Positions 47,958 to 57,473 are shown, counted from the stretch's first letter. The stretch: 64,000 bases of DNA from an uncultured Candidatus Saccharibacteria bacterium (GCA_964357525.1 CAYHLH010000002.1:5287-69286), one strand, 5' to 3'. The notes: generated by a model from the letters alone, not told the origin. Numbers and translations: made by a program.

Positions 47958-48392
47958 TCAGTTTTTAGGAGAATCCGTAATGAAAATTTGAAGGAAATTT
48001 CGGATATTTTTCACGATGACGTCCTTCTCTTTTGGATTGCTCTCGGCAACCATTTTTGCGAAGCGGTAGAGTTCTTTATTGTTTACTTTGAGCCACCTCC
48101 CGTTTCTGTGGAGGAAGAGCAATAATGCCATGATGGCAATACGCTTGTTTCCGTTCTGAAACGGATGATTTTTTATCATCATGTAAAACATCATTGCCGC
48201 TTTTCCAATGAGGCCTTTGTAGAGGTTTTTACGGTCAAACGTTTGAAAAGGGGAATCCAAACATGTTTCGAGCACATGAGGAAAACGAGAACTGAAATCG
48301 GGAATCGGTTCGCCCCATTCCATGATTTTTTTCGCCATCTCGTAGGCGGTGTATTCAACTTCCCTTACGGTGATTTTCTTGAGCGGCGTCAT
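47958..48392 (-). CDS. Fic/Doc (death-on-curing) family toxin
   Basis: HPFQNGNKRIA. Confidence 0.9.
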   Translation of the reverse strand: MTPLKKITVREVEYTAYEMAKKIMEWGEPIPDFSSRFPHVLETCLDSPFQTFDRKNLYKGLIGKAAMMFYMMIKNHPFQNGNKRIAIMALLLFLHRNGRWLKVNNKELYRFAKMVAESNPKEKDVIVKNIRNFLQIFITDSPKN

Positions 48393-48643
48393 TCTTTTCC
48401 GAGCAATTTGAGCGTTTCGCCGTATTCTTTTATCCCTTTCCTTACCACTTGTTCTATCTCTTTTTTCTTTTCCTCACTCAAGAGCGTTCCGAGGGCTTTC
48501 AAAAGCTCTTTTTTTTCAATGACGAAGTTCCGCCCGATTTTCACCGCACGTATTTTCCCTGTTTTTATCTTGTTGAAAATAGTGACTCTGCTCACCCCGA
48601 GAATCTCCGCTACTTGGCTTGTTGAAAGGAGTTCTTGATCCAT
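48389..48643 (-). CDS. Excisionase-type HTH protein, probable antitoxin
   Basis: 'LLSTSQVAEILGVSRVTIFNKIKTGKIRAVKIGRNFVI' plus C-terminal helix YGETLKLLGKE; ATGA overlap with the toxin. Confidence 0.82.
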   Translation of the reverse strand: MDQELLSTSQVAEILGVSRVTIFNKIKTGKIRAVKIGRNFVIEKKELLKALGTLLSEEKKKEIEQVVRKGIKEYGETLKLLGKE

Positions 48644-48652
48644 ATGCAGGCA

Positions 48653-48670
48653 TATTAACATATGTTAATA
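48653..48670. promoter_or_regulatory. 18-bp palindrome, likely TA operator
   Basis: TATTAACATATGTTAATA just upstream of the antitoxin start. Confidence 0.65.
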
Positions 48671-48707
48671 CCCGAAATCAACTCTTAACAAAATCCCAAT
48701 GTGGCGG

Positions 48708-48785
48708 GCTTCCTACTTCTTCGCTTTCGGCAGATTCGACAAGCTCACTGCAGGCAAGCTCAGTATTTACAATCTACGACGGCAC
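48708..48785. mobile_element. att-like site 2, interrupted by nested inserts
   Basis: GCTTCCTACTTCTTC[insert]TCTACGACGGCACC. Confidence 0.5.
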
Positions 48786-48815
48786 CTATGTAAAATATAG
48801 GAGTATAATAAATTT

Positions 48816-50009
48816 ATGAAGAAATTGGTCATTGTATTTACAGCGGGTTTCCTTATTTTTTGGTCGATTCCTATTAGATCTTTTGCGACCGCAGAATTTT
48901 CGGTTTCTACAAGCATGCTGGCACAATTGTATGAAGCATTACAGCGGGTAACTGAACAAATTTCCGAGCTGACATCTGAAAATTCCTCTATTCAACCATC
49001 AAAAAATATTTTTCCAACGAATTCGCTAACATCGCCCGACAATATAATCATTCTTTCACCGACGGCTGCCGATATATTTTGGGTCGGTCAATCAAATAAA
49101 ATCGTATGGAAAGTTCCGCAAAGGATAAGCCTTAGTAAGGTTGAAGGATGTATGAAAATACCAAATCTTCACTGTGATCTGGTCGGCTATGTGGCGGGAC
49201 ACGGAGATAAATTCATATTTTGGACGCCTGACCCTCAAGCACTTTGGTTTCCTAATTCTGAAACTTGGATAAGAATCAGCGATGGTGATAACCAAAGCGA
49301 ATATGTTGACAGCGGCCACTTTCCGGTTTTAATGCCACACGGGAATATAGACGGGTTGGTGGTAGATTTCCCTGTCGTGGGCGGGACTTGGCGGCTCGGC
49401 AACATGGAACGAATACAATGGACGCCTGAAACCGAGGGGCCGTATACACATATCGCGCTTTATAAGCTCGGCCAATACATACGAACGATATATGCTGGTA
49501 AGTCTGAGGAGAACAAATTTGCTTGGAGCGTCCCTCGTGACATACCTGCCGGAAATAATTTCCAGGTGGAAGTCATAGAATTTATAAACGGTGGAAACGG
49601 TGTATCGGGATGGAGCGGTCTGTTTTCAGTTCTTAATGACAGAGCATCGTCCTCAACGTCATCGGTTTCGGTGGCTTTAGACGCTTATAATGAAGCGGCG
49701 GCGGGCGTGGCGAGATTCGGTCGAAGAGTAATTTTCCTGAAAAATGGAAATCAGTGGAAACACGGAACTGTTCAAACGATTATATGGGACAAATCGGTTT
49801 TTTCCGGGCGGTACGTAAAAATTACTCTTGTGCCAACAGATTCGAAATATAAAGACGTGGTTGTTTCCCGTCTTGCCCATAACGACGGTGACTTTAGGGT
49901 TACGGTCAAAAAGGAGTGGGGTTTGAATACAAAATATAAAGTCAAAATTGCCTCGCCGGATGTGAATTCGGTAGTTTCCGAAAGCGACGTAATTATGATA
50001 GAGCGTTGA
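48816..50009 (+). CDS. Secreted protein with three Ser/Thr-rich Ig-like repeats
   Basis: Signal peptide; repeated 'W..G....I.W' modules; leaderless TATAAT-6nt-ATG. Confidence 0.72.
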   Translation: MKKLVIVFTAGFLIFWSIPIRSFATAEFSVSTSMLAQLYEALQRVTEQISELTSENSSIQPSKNIFPTNSLTSPDNIIILSPTAADIFWVGQSNKIVWKVPQRISLSKVEGCMKIPNLHCDLVGYVAGHGDKFIFWTPDPQALWFPNSETWIRISDGDNQSEYVDSGHFPVLMPHGNIDGLVVDFPVVGGTWRLGNMERIQWTPETEGPYTHIALYKLGQYIRTIYAGKSEENKFAWSVPRDIPAGNNFQVEVIEFINGGNGVSGWSGLFSVLNDRASSSTSSVSVALDAYNEAAAGVARFGRRVIFLKNGNQWKHGTVQTIIWDKSVFSGRYVKITLVPTDSKYKDVVVSRLAHNDGDFRVTVKKEWGLNTKYKVKIASPDVNSVVSESDVIMIER

Positions 50010-50051
50010 ATAATCCATTAAGCCGCACCCCTGACTGTTTGTCGGTAGGCA

Positions 50052-50231
50052 GGTTCTCACCCTCCTTCGCTCACGCTTCGGACGGGCAGGCTTCTTCTCC
50101 GCCTCCGCTTCTCCTTCGCCAAGGCTTCGGACGGGCATGCTTCCTCTCCTCCTTCGTCCCGCCTCGGCGGGACTACGGACGGACGGGCCCGCCTTGACTC
50201 GCCGTCAGGCGAGGCGGGTACGACGGCACCC
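50052..50231. mobile_element. att-like site 3 with a stacked cluster of REP-like palindromes
   Basis: GGTTCTCAC...TACGACGGCACC enclosing three CTCCTTCG-N-(T/A)CGGACGG units and further hairpins. Confidence 0.6.
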
Positions 50232-50270
50232 GTTTTGCGTTGCGCGAGGAGCGCATGATATACTGCTGGT

Positions 50271-50525
50271 ATGATAGACGTAACGCGTCTCATAAAGGTC
50301 AGCGCCGCGTGGGTGTCACTGGTCTACGCCGTGTGCTTTGCCGGCGTCGCGATGTTTCCTAACATCCGTCCGGGATTCATGCGGTATGGGCTCCATATGG
50401 GAATCGATTTCGGACGGAACATTTTGACGTTTGGAACTTTCCTCTCCGGCCTCATTATCTGGAATGTCATTGCGCTTCTTGGGGTCTGGCTTTTTGCCGC
50501 TTTGTGGAACTCGATAAAAAAATGA
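50271..50525 (+). CDS. Small two-TM protein (DUF5676-like), copy 1
   Basis: 'AAWVSLVYAVCFAGV...H...FGTFLSGLIIWN'; close paralogue at 57188. Confidence 0.75.
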   Translation: MIDVTRLIKVSAAWVSLVYAVCFAGVAMFPNIRPGFMRYGLHMGIDFGRNILTFGTFLSGLIIWNVIALLGVWLFAALWNSIKK

Positions 50526-50905
50526 ACCGTTTCTTTGTTTTTACGCTTCTAATCGCGTTTATCGGCGCGGCGTTCATATGGGCGCTTCCCATGGTTGGGG
50601 ATCACGGCGACGGGTGCCTCGTCGCGTCGCTCTTCGGGAAGGCGATATGCTGGGGGGCGCTTTCAGAAACCGCCGCCCGCCACATCGCCGCATATTGGAC
50701 ACTCACGAACATTCCCGCGATTTCCTTCTTCGCGGCCTTTCTGTTTTTCGCTTTTGCGTTTTTTACCTTTCTTTCTTTGTACGCGAGAGGGAGACCCCGT
50801 TTGTATGTCATTTCCCGCGCACCTTTGCGGGAGCGGATACCGGTTCCGAAACAATCTTTCTATTCGTGGTTCTCGCTCCACGAGCGGAGTCCCTCTTTTG
50901 CGTAG
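50522..50905 (+). CDS. His/Cys-containing membrane protein, possible leader of the metal operon
   Basis: TM, DHGDGC..C..H, TM, C-terminal SWFSLHERSPSFA; followed by long hairpins. Confidence 0.6.
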   Translation: MNRFFVFTLLIAFIGAAFIWALPMVGDHGDGCLVASLFGKAICWGALSETAARHIAAYWTLTNIPAISFFAAFLFFAFAFFTFLSLYARGRPRLYVISRAPLRERIPVPKQSFYSWFSLHERSPSFA

Positions 50906-51144
50906 CGACGGCGTTTTTGCGGGGCGAGTGGTCGCTCCTCCGCATGCGCCGTTTTTCGTCCCCTTGAAGGGGATTTTTGTCGCGTAGAGAAAATGAAGGA
51001 TATGAATCCCGATGATGAATAGATTGCTCGGTGAATTTCGGGATTACATATCAAAATAAATACCATGCAAAATAAAAAGAATACAAGCAATATACAGTCG
51101 CAATCGTCCGAAAACGCACGAGTGCGTTTTCGTTCATCATCGGG

Positions 51145-51651
51145 ATGAAACATAAAAACATCATTATCGGCATCGCTGCCGCGGTCATCGTGCTCGGAGC
51201 TCTCGTGTGGATCGCGAGGCCGGACGGTAAGAGTGCAAACACGGGCGTTCCTTCCGCCCCGGTCGTACCTGGTGCGCTCGCCGCGGAAGTGACAGACTTC
51301 GATTTCGGCACGATATCCATGGCGAAAGGGACCGTGAGCCGGACCTTTACGGTCAAAAACACCGGCGCGGGACCGGTCATCATAGGAAAAATGTACACGT
51401 CATGCATGTGCACGACGGCGTCCCTAACGCTCCGCGGGGAGCGGTTCGGCCCCTACGGCATGCCCGGCCACGGATTCGTCCCGACCATCAACAGGGAGAT
51501 CGGCGCGGGCGAGGAAGCCGCGGTGGAGATCGTCTTTGACCCGGCCGCGCACGGCCCCGCGGGCGTCGGGAGAATAGAGCGCGTCGTCATCATCGAGAAC
51601 GACGGCGGGGCGCCGCTCCAAGTCGGGTTCACGGCGAATGTAACTCCTTAA
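51145..51651 (+). CDS. DUF1573-like Ig-fold protein with CxC
   Basis: FDFGTI...FTVKNTG...TSCMCT...FDPAAHGPAG. Confidence 0.75.
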   Translation: MKHKNIIIGIAAAVIVLGALVWIARPDGKSANTGVPSAPVVPGALAAEVTDFDFGTISMAKGTVSRTFTVKNTGAGPVIIGKMYTSCMCTTASLTLRGERFGPYGMPGHGFVPTINREIGAGEEAAVEIVFDPAAHGPAGVGRIERVVIIENDGGAPLQVGFTANVTP

Positions 51652-52433
51652 TGAGCAGGAAATTAATCATCCTTATCGTCATCGCGGCCGTTGTCCTCGG
51701 TTCGGTGGTCCTTTTCGGTTCTGACGGGGCGGGAACGGCGGCGCTGTGGCGCATAAGCCGGGAGGGCACGTGGCTGCTCCCGCTTGTCGGCGTCGCCGCC
51801 CTCGTCGATTCCGTGAATCCGTGCGCGTTCTCCATCCTTCTCCTCACCATCGCATTCCTCCTCTCCATCGGCGCCGTTCGCGGAAGGATGCTCGCGATCG
51901 GCGCCTCCTACATCGCGGGACTTTTCTTCGTGTATCTTTTGATCGGCCTCGGGCTTCTGCAGGTGCTCCATCTCTTCGATACGCCGCATTTCATGGCGAA
52001 GGTGGGGGCGGCGCTTCTCATCGCGTTGGGCGCCCTGAATCTTGTGAATGCACTTTTCCCCAAGTTTCCGGTGAAATTCCGCATTCCTCACGGGGCGCAC
52101 AAAAAGCTCGCCTCGCTCATGGAAAAAGCGTCATTGCCGACGGCGTTCCTCCTCGGAGGGCTCGTAGGCCTCTGTGAGTTTCCGTGCACTGGGGGCCCGT
52201 ATCTCATGGTGGTGGGGCTCCTCCACGATTCCGCCTCGTACCTCACGGGGGTGGGATACCTCTTCCTCTACAACCTCATCTTTGTTTTGCCGCTCGTCGT
52301 CATGCTCCTCCTCGGGAGCGACGAGAAGCTTCTGGGAAAGGTGCAGGCGTGGAAGACGAAGGAAGCGAAGTCCATGCGTCTTTGGAGCGGGGTCGCGATG
52401 GTCGCGCTGGGAATCATCATTTTCTTCTTGTAA
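51651..52433 (+). CDS. CcdA/DsbD-like transmembrane thiol-disulfide protein
   Basis: DSVNPCAF and CEFPCTGGPY; YLFLYNLIFVLP. Confidence 0.85.
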   Translation: MSRKLIILIVIAAVVLGSVVLFGSDGAGTAALWRISREGTWLLPLVGVAALVDSVNPCAFSILLLTIAFLLSIGAVRGRMLAIGASYIAGLFFVYLLIGLGLLQVLHLFDTPHFMAKVGAALLIALGALNLVNALFPKFPVKFRIPHGAHKKLASLMEKASLPTAFLLGGLVGLCEFPCTGGPYLMVVGLLHDSASYLTGVGYLFLYNLIFVLPLVVMLLLGSDEKLLGKVQAWKTKEAKSMRLWSGVAMVALGIIIFFL

Positions 52434-52485
52434 AATGGGAAACATTGAAAAACAATCAAATAGTCGAAGTAAGACGATAAATACA

Positions 52486-53433
52486 ATGGAAGACAAAATA
52501 AAAGACGCAGAGGACGAAATGGAACCGCAAGAGAACGGAGCGTCGCTCGAGAACAAGCTGCTTCTGCCGGCGAGCATCGTCGCTGCGGCGGTCATTCTGG
52601 CGGGCACGTGGATGTATGTAACGGGGAAGATTGTCCTCCCCGAAAGAACGGGTGGCGCCTCGAGTTTGGCGCGGGATGCCGAACGTGAGGAAAAGGTCCT
52701 CCCGAGCGGGGGCGCGGAGCTCCCCGTCCGGTGGGGCGATCTCGGGGCGAAGATGATCGCTTCGGGCGTCATCGACGCGGAGCAGTTCGAGGCGCTCTAC
52801 GAATCCCGCGGCGGGATGGATGGCGAAGCAAAAGCGCTCCTTTACGGAAAGGACAACGGGAACCTCAAAATCACGCGCGAGAACGCCGGAACGGTCCTAA
52901 ATCTCCTCTGGGCATTCGGCCTCGGAAACAAGAACGACATCTTGGAAAAGGGACCGATGGCGGACCCTGAATTCGGGGGCGCGGGGGTGTTTGCCTCGAC
53001 AGGCGGATGGACCTTGGCGGAGGGGGACGCGATGAACCATTACTCGATGCATAAATTTGTAGCGCTCACGACGGACCAGCAGGCGCTCGTAGAGCGCGTC
53101 GCGCAGGGCGTGTACCGCCCTTGTTGCGGGAACTCGACCTACTTCCCCGATTGCAATCACGGCATGGCGATGCTGGGGCTCCTCGAGCTCATGGCGAGCC
53201 AAGGGGTTTTGGAGGACGAGATGTACCGCGTCGCGCTTGCCGTGAATTCCTACTGGTTCCCAGATACCTACCTCACCGTCGCGAAGTATCTCGAACAATC
53301 GGGCGTCGCGTGGAAAGACGCCGACCCGAGGCAGGTCCTCGGATACGATTTTTCGAGCGCCGCGGGGTACAGCAACGTTCTCTCCAAAACCCAACCGCAG
53401 GGGTTCCAGGGGGGCGGCGGGTGCGGGGTATAG
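52486..53433 (+). CDS. Membrane-anchored Cys-motif protein
   Basis: YRPCCGNSTYFPDCNHG; C-terminal GGGCGV. Confidence 0.7.
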   Translation: MEDKIKDAEDEMEPQENGASLENKLLLPASIVAAAVILAGTWMYVTGKIVLPERTGGASSLARDAEREEKVLPSGGAELPVRWGDLGAKMIASGVIDAEQFEALYESRGGMDGEAKALLYGKDNGNLKITRENAGTVLNLLWAFGLGNKNDILEKGPMADPEFGGAGVFASTGGWTLAEGDAMNHYSMHKFVALTTDQQALVERVAQGVYRPCCGNSTYFPDCNHGMAMLGLLELMASQGVLEDEMYRVALAVNSYWFPDTYLTVAKYLEQSGVAWKDADPRQVLGYDFSSAAGYSNVLSKTQPQGFQGGGGCGV

Positions 53434-53474
53434 ATATGGGGAATTAGGGGTTAGGAAATAGGAATTGGAACGCA

Positions 53475-53900
53475 ATGAAAAAAAATATACTGGTGATCTC
53501 GGTAATCGCCCTCGCCGTCGTCGGTATCGGCGTATATCTCTCCGCGCGTTCCCCGTCGCCGGAGGGGGAGAGTAAGGTCATTTCCATGAACGGCCTCCAT
53601 TGGCACCCGCACCTTATGATCTATGTGAATGGCACGCCGCAGGGGATTCCCGCAGGCATTGGGCTCGGTGCTGTGCACAACCCCGTGCACACCCATGACG
53701 CGGACGGCATCATCCACCTCGAATTCAGCGGGGCGGTGCGCGGACGCGACATCGCGCTCGGGAGATTCTTCGAGAATTGGGGGAGGGACATGCATTCGTT
53801 CGGCGGAAACATGAGAATGACGGTGAACGGGGCGGAGAACTCTGAGTATGAGCGCTACATGATGCACGACGGGGACGAGATCGAGATCAGGTATGAATAG
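53475..53900 (+). CDS. Exported His-motif putative metal-binding protein
   Basis: HWHPHL, HTHDADGIIHLE. Confidence 0.7.
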   Translation: MKKNILVISVIALAVVGIGVYLSARSPSPEGESKVISMNGLHWHPHLMIYVNGTPQGIPAGIGLGAVHNPVHTHDADGIIHLEFSGAVRGRDIALGRFFENWGRDMHSFGGNMRMTVNGAENSEYERYMMHDGDEIEIRYE

Positions 53901-54318
53901 GCCGATCCTGTACGGATTTGCGGGTATGGTCGGACTCCTCGGTCTTTATTTTGGAATTCTCACACTTGTTTCAGGGTGGGGTTTTGCCGAAAGCCAATTT
54001 GTCGTTTTTTGGTACTTCATTGTGAGCCTCGCCGTCGGTTTCGGCATCCAGGTCGGACTGTATGCGCATTTGCGGGATCTTATGAAGGAAATGCACGGGG
54101 AGGGCAAGGTCCTGGGCGTGACCGGCACGACCTCAACTGCGGCGATGGTTTCCTGTTGCACCCATTACCTCGCTAACTTACTCCCGATTCTTGGCGCGGT
54201 CGGAATTGTAACCTTTGTGGCGCAGTATCAGATACAGTTGTTTTGGGTCGGTCTGTTATTTAACATCGGTGGCATTTTTTATATAACTAATAAAGTTTTA
54301 AAGTATAAAAAAGCATGA
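53893..54318 (+). CDS. Multi-TM protein with CC-x-H motif
   Basis: AMVSCCTHY. Confidence 0.7.
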   Translation: MNRPILYGFAGMVGLLGLYFGILTLVSGWGFAESQFVVFWYFIVSLAVGFGIQVGLYAHLRDLMKEMHGEGKVLGVTGTTSTAAMVSCCTHYLANLLPILGAVGIVTFVAQYQIQLFWVGLLFNIGGIFYITNKVLKYKKA

Positions 54319-54785
54319 AATATCTAAAATTTACACTTATCATTTTGGTCGCGATATTCCTTCTGTATTACTACTTCAGTGTTTCCGATGCTGGAAAACA
54401 GCAGCTGAAAGGTAGTCGGCAAATAGAATCAGTAAGTAGCTCCGAGCAAAAACAATGGGAGACAAAAACCGATGAGCAGTCGCCGGTAACTGTTGCGGTA
54501 ACTCCGATTGAATTTGGCAAAGATGCGGGCACATGGAAATTCGACATCGTTTTTGATACACATTCCGGAAATTTAGATGAGAACCCTCTTGAGATAGCAC
54601 TTCTTCTGGACGATAAGAGCAATACCTATCAACCTCTTGCGTGGGAAGGACCGGGACCCGGCGGACACCACCGCGAGGGAGTGTTGATATTCAATCCAAT
54701 ACGCCCCGCGCCGCCTTACGTGGAATTAAAAGTTAAGGATGTCGGCGGCATTTCGGAGCGCTCGTTCAAGTGGAGTGTAGAATAA
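54315..54785 (+). CDS. Exported His-motif protein
   Basis: FDTHSGNL, GPGGHHREG. Confidence 0.7.
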   Translation: MKYLKFTLIILVAIFLLYYYFSVSDAGKQQLKGSRQIESVSSSEQKQWETKTDEQSPVTVAVTPIEFGKDAGTWKFDIVFDTHSGNLDENPLEIALLLDDKSNTYQPLAWEGPGPGGHHREGVLIFNPIRPAPPYVELKVKDVGGISERSFKWSVE

Positions 54786-54789
54786 ATAT

Positions 54790-57162
54790 ATGAAGCAATA
54801 TCATCATTCAAAAAATCAGCATCCAATCCACGCTTCCCCCGCGCATTGCTCATGCGGTAAAGAGTGTTTGTGTTGCAAGGGAGAAAAGCTTGCTGTCAAT
54901 TGCGGTTGCGGCATGGAGGCAAAGCAGTATGAGTACAATATGGGTTCGAGCTGTTGTCACAGCGAACACGCCCACAAAGAAGAAATGAAGTTAGAGCCGA
55001 AAGGAAACAAAAACATTGTCTATACCTGTCCCATGCATCCGCAGGTCAAGAAGAACGAGCCCGGCCGGTGTCCGGCGTGTGGTATGGAGCTTATTCCTAA
55101 AGAGAAAGCAAAAAGCCACGCAGGTCATGACATGCAGAAGATGAGTCATGCCGATCACGAAGCGGCGATGACCAATCCGCAAATTGCTAAAGCGATGGAG
55201 AGAGATATGCTCCGCAGATTTTTGGTTTCCCTTATTCTTTCCATTCCCATTTTCCTCTATTCGCCGGTAGGTATTAACTTTTTCAAGCTCAACCTCCCAA
55301 CGCCGATACCGGTGAATTGGCTGCTCCTCATTCTCACTACGCCGATTGTTTTCTGGGCCGGATCGATCTTCATCACGGGCACCTACTATTCTCTCAAGGC
55401 CCGCAAGCTTAACATGGCGGTTCTGATCGCGACGGGCGTCTTGGCGGCGTATCTCTTCAGTGTTCTTCTCACTTTCCTGAGGCCAGAATCGGAAACTTTT
55501 TACGAAGCGGCGGCCCTCCTCGTCACTTTCGTGCTCTTTGGTCACTGGATGGAAATGAAGTCGCGCAGGGGTACATCCGATGCCTTGCGCGCCCTTTTTG
55601 ACCTCGTGCCGCCGAAGGCAAACGTTATCCGGGACGGCAGGGAGATGAGCATTCCGAGCGCGGAAATAGTTCACGACGATATCGTGGTTTTAAGACCCGG
55701 TGACAAGGTGCCGGTGGACGGGGAAATTACGGAAGGTGAGACCTCCATTGACGAGTCCCTCGTGACCGGGGAGTCCATACCGGTTTCGAAAACCATAGGC
55801 GCGAAAGTCGTTGGCGGTTCGGTAAATTTAACTGGAGCAGTTCGGTTCAAAGCCACGCAGGTTGGTTCGGAGACGGTACTCGCGCAGATCATCAAGATGG
55901 TTGAGACGGCCCAGAACTCCAAAGCTCCGGGCCAGCGCATTGCTGACAAGGCCGCGGGGGTGCTCGTAGTCGTCGCCATCGGTTCAGGCACCGCGGCGTT
56001 TCTCGGTTGGTATTTTTTGGCGGGGATCGGCCTCCTCGCCGCGCTCACCTTTGCGATCTCAACTGTGGTGATCGCGTGTCCTGACGCCTTGGGACTCGCG
56101 ACGCCTACTGCGGTTGCGGTAGGCACCGGCATCGGGGCGAAACACAATATCCTCATCAAGGACGCCGCGACGCTTGAGAACACCTCGCGCCTGAACGCGA
56201 TTGTGCTTGACAAGACCGGTACTCTCACGGAGGGGAAGCCGAAAGTAACTGAAGTTATTTCGGTTAATCCGTACAATAAAAATGATGTGCTCGCGTATGC
56301 TTCTGCCGTAGAACAAAGTTCAAATCATCCCATTAGCGCCGCTATTATTGAGGAGGCGAAGAAGCAAAGAGTGTTTGCGGAAAAAAAGATAGAAAAATTC
56401 TTGAGTCTAGGCGGACAGGGGGTGCGCGCGGTCGCGGACGGGAAAGCGGTCATTGTCGGTACTGAACACCTTATGCAGCAGAGCAATGTTGATATTTCGC
56501 CATTGAGACAAGAAATTGACCGGTTGCTTGAAACTGGAAACACCTTGAGCATTGTCGCCGTTGACGGAAGAATCGCCGGCGCGATCGGCGTTGCCGATAC
56601 GGTGCGCGTTTCCGCAAAGCGTACGGTTCAGAAGTTACATGAGCTGGGGCTCGAGGTCGCGATGATCACCGGGGATCACGAGCAGGTGGCGGGCGCGATT
56701 GCCCGTGATCTCGGTATTGACCGCTATTTCGCGCAGGTGCTCCCCGAGGACAAGGCGAAATATGTGAAAAAACTTCAGGACGAGGGGAAATTCGTCGCGA
56801 TGGTGGGGGACGGGATTAACGATGCGCCGGCGCTCGCGCAATCGGACATCGGAATCGCAATCGGCGCGGGCACCGATGTGGCGATTGAGACGGGAAACAT
56901 CGTGCTTATGAAATCGGACCCCTACGATATCGTCGCCGCACTCCGTTTGAGCAAGGCGACCGTGGTAAAGATGAAGCAAAATCTATTCTGGGCGGCGATT
57001 TACAATCTTCTCGCGATTCCCGTTGCCGCGGGTGTTTTCTACAATTCGTTCGGCTGGTCGCTCCGCCCTGAGATCTCCGCGCTCCTCATGTCGGCGTCGT
57101 CAATCATCGTGGCGACGAACGCCGTGCTCCTAAAGCGGGTCGAATCAAAACTCAAAGCGTAA
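54790..57162 (+). CDS. Heavy-metal (copper-type) P1B ATPase
   Basis: Cys/His-rich N-terminus, YTCPMHP, TGES, CPD, DKTGTLT, HP, GDGINDAP, YN, MSASS. Confidence 0.95.
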   Translation: MKQYHHSKNQHPIHASPAHCSCGKECLCCKGEKLAVNCGCGMEAKQYEYNMGSSCCHSEHAHKEEMKLEPKGNKNIVYTCPMHPQVKKNEPGRCPACGMELIPKEKAKSHAGHDMQKMSHADHEAAMTNPQIAKAMERDMLRRFLVSLILSIPIFLYSPVGINFFKLNLPTPIPVNWLLLILTTPIVFWAGSIFITGTYYSLKARKLNMAVLIATGVLAAYLFSVLLTFLRPESETFYEAAALLVTFVLFGHWMEMKSRRGTSDALRALFDLVPPKANVIRDGREMSIPSAEIVHDDIVVLRPGDKVPVDGEITEGETSIDESLVTGESIPVSKTIGAKVVGGSVNLTGAVRFKATQVGSETVLAQIIKMVETAQNSKAPGQRIADKAAGVLVVVAIGSGTAAFLGWYFLAGIGLLAALTFAISTVVIACPDALGLATPTAVAVGTGIGAKHNILIKDAATLENTSRLNAIVLDKTGTLTEGKPKVTEVISVNPYNKNDVLAYASAVEQSSNHPISAAIIEEAKKQRVFAEKKIEKFLSLGGQGVRAVADGKAVIVGTEHLMQQSNVDISPLRQEIDRLLETGNTLSIVAVDGRIAGAIGVADTVRVSAKRTVQKLHELGLEVAMITGDHEQVAGAIARDLGIDRYFAQVLPEDKAKYVKKLQDEGKFVAMVGDGINDAPALAQSDIGIAIGAGTDVAIETGNIVLMKSDPYDIVAALRLSKATVVKMKQNLFWAAIYNLLAIPVAAGVFYNSFGWSLRPEISALLMSASSIIVATNAVLLKRVESKLKA

Positions 57163-57187
57163 AGGTCGAAAATCTAAAAAATAAACC

Positions 57188-57445
57188 ATGATAGCAACCA
57201 AACGCCTGCTCAAAGTTACCGCCGCGTGGATAAGCGTCGTGTACGCGGTTTGTTTTGCCGGTGTGGCGCTTTTCCCGAACATCCGTCCGGGATTCATGCG
57301 CTCCGCCTTGCATGTGGTGGGGGTGGATCTGGGCATTGATGTGCTCACCTTCGGCACGTTCCTGTCTGGCCTCATCATCTGGAACGTCATCGCGCTCCTC
57401 GCGGTGTGGCTCTTTGCGGCGCTCTACAACGGCATAAAGAAATAA
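57188..57445 (+). CDS. Small two-TM protein (DUF5676-like), copy 2
   Basis: Paralogue of 50271-50525. Confidence 0.75.
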   Translation: MIATKRLLKVTAAWISVVYAVCFAGVALFPNIRPGFMRSALHVVGVDLGIDVLTFGTFLSGLIIWNVIALLAVWLFAALYNGIKK

Positions 57446-57473
57446 GAAGCGGATACAATTTGTATTTCCCCGC

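Noticed and set aside
48389-48643. Prophage excisionase
   Set aside because: No integrase or phage genes nearby; coupling to Doc and the C-terminal helix fit an antitoxin.
47883-50231. Classical integron attC array
   Set aside because: No RYYYAAC...GTTRRRY boxes and no intI; retained only as a tRNA-linked att-like array.
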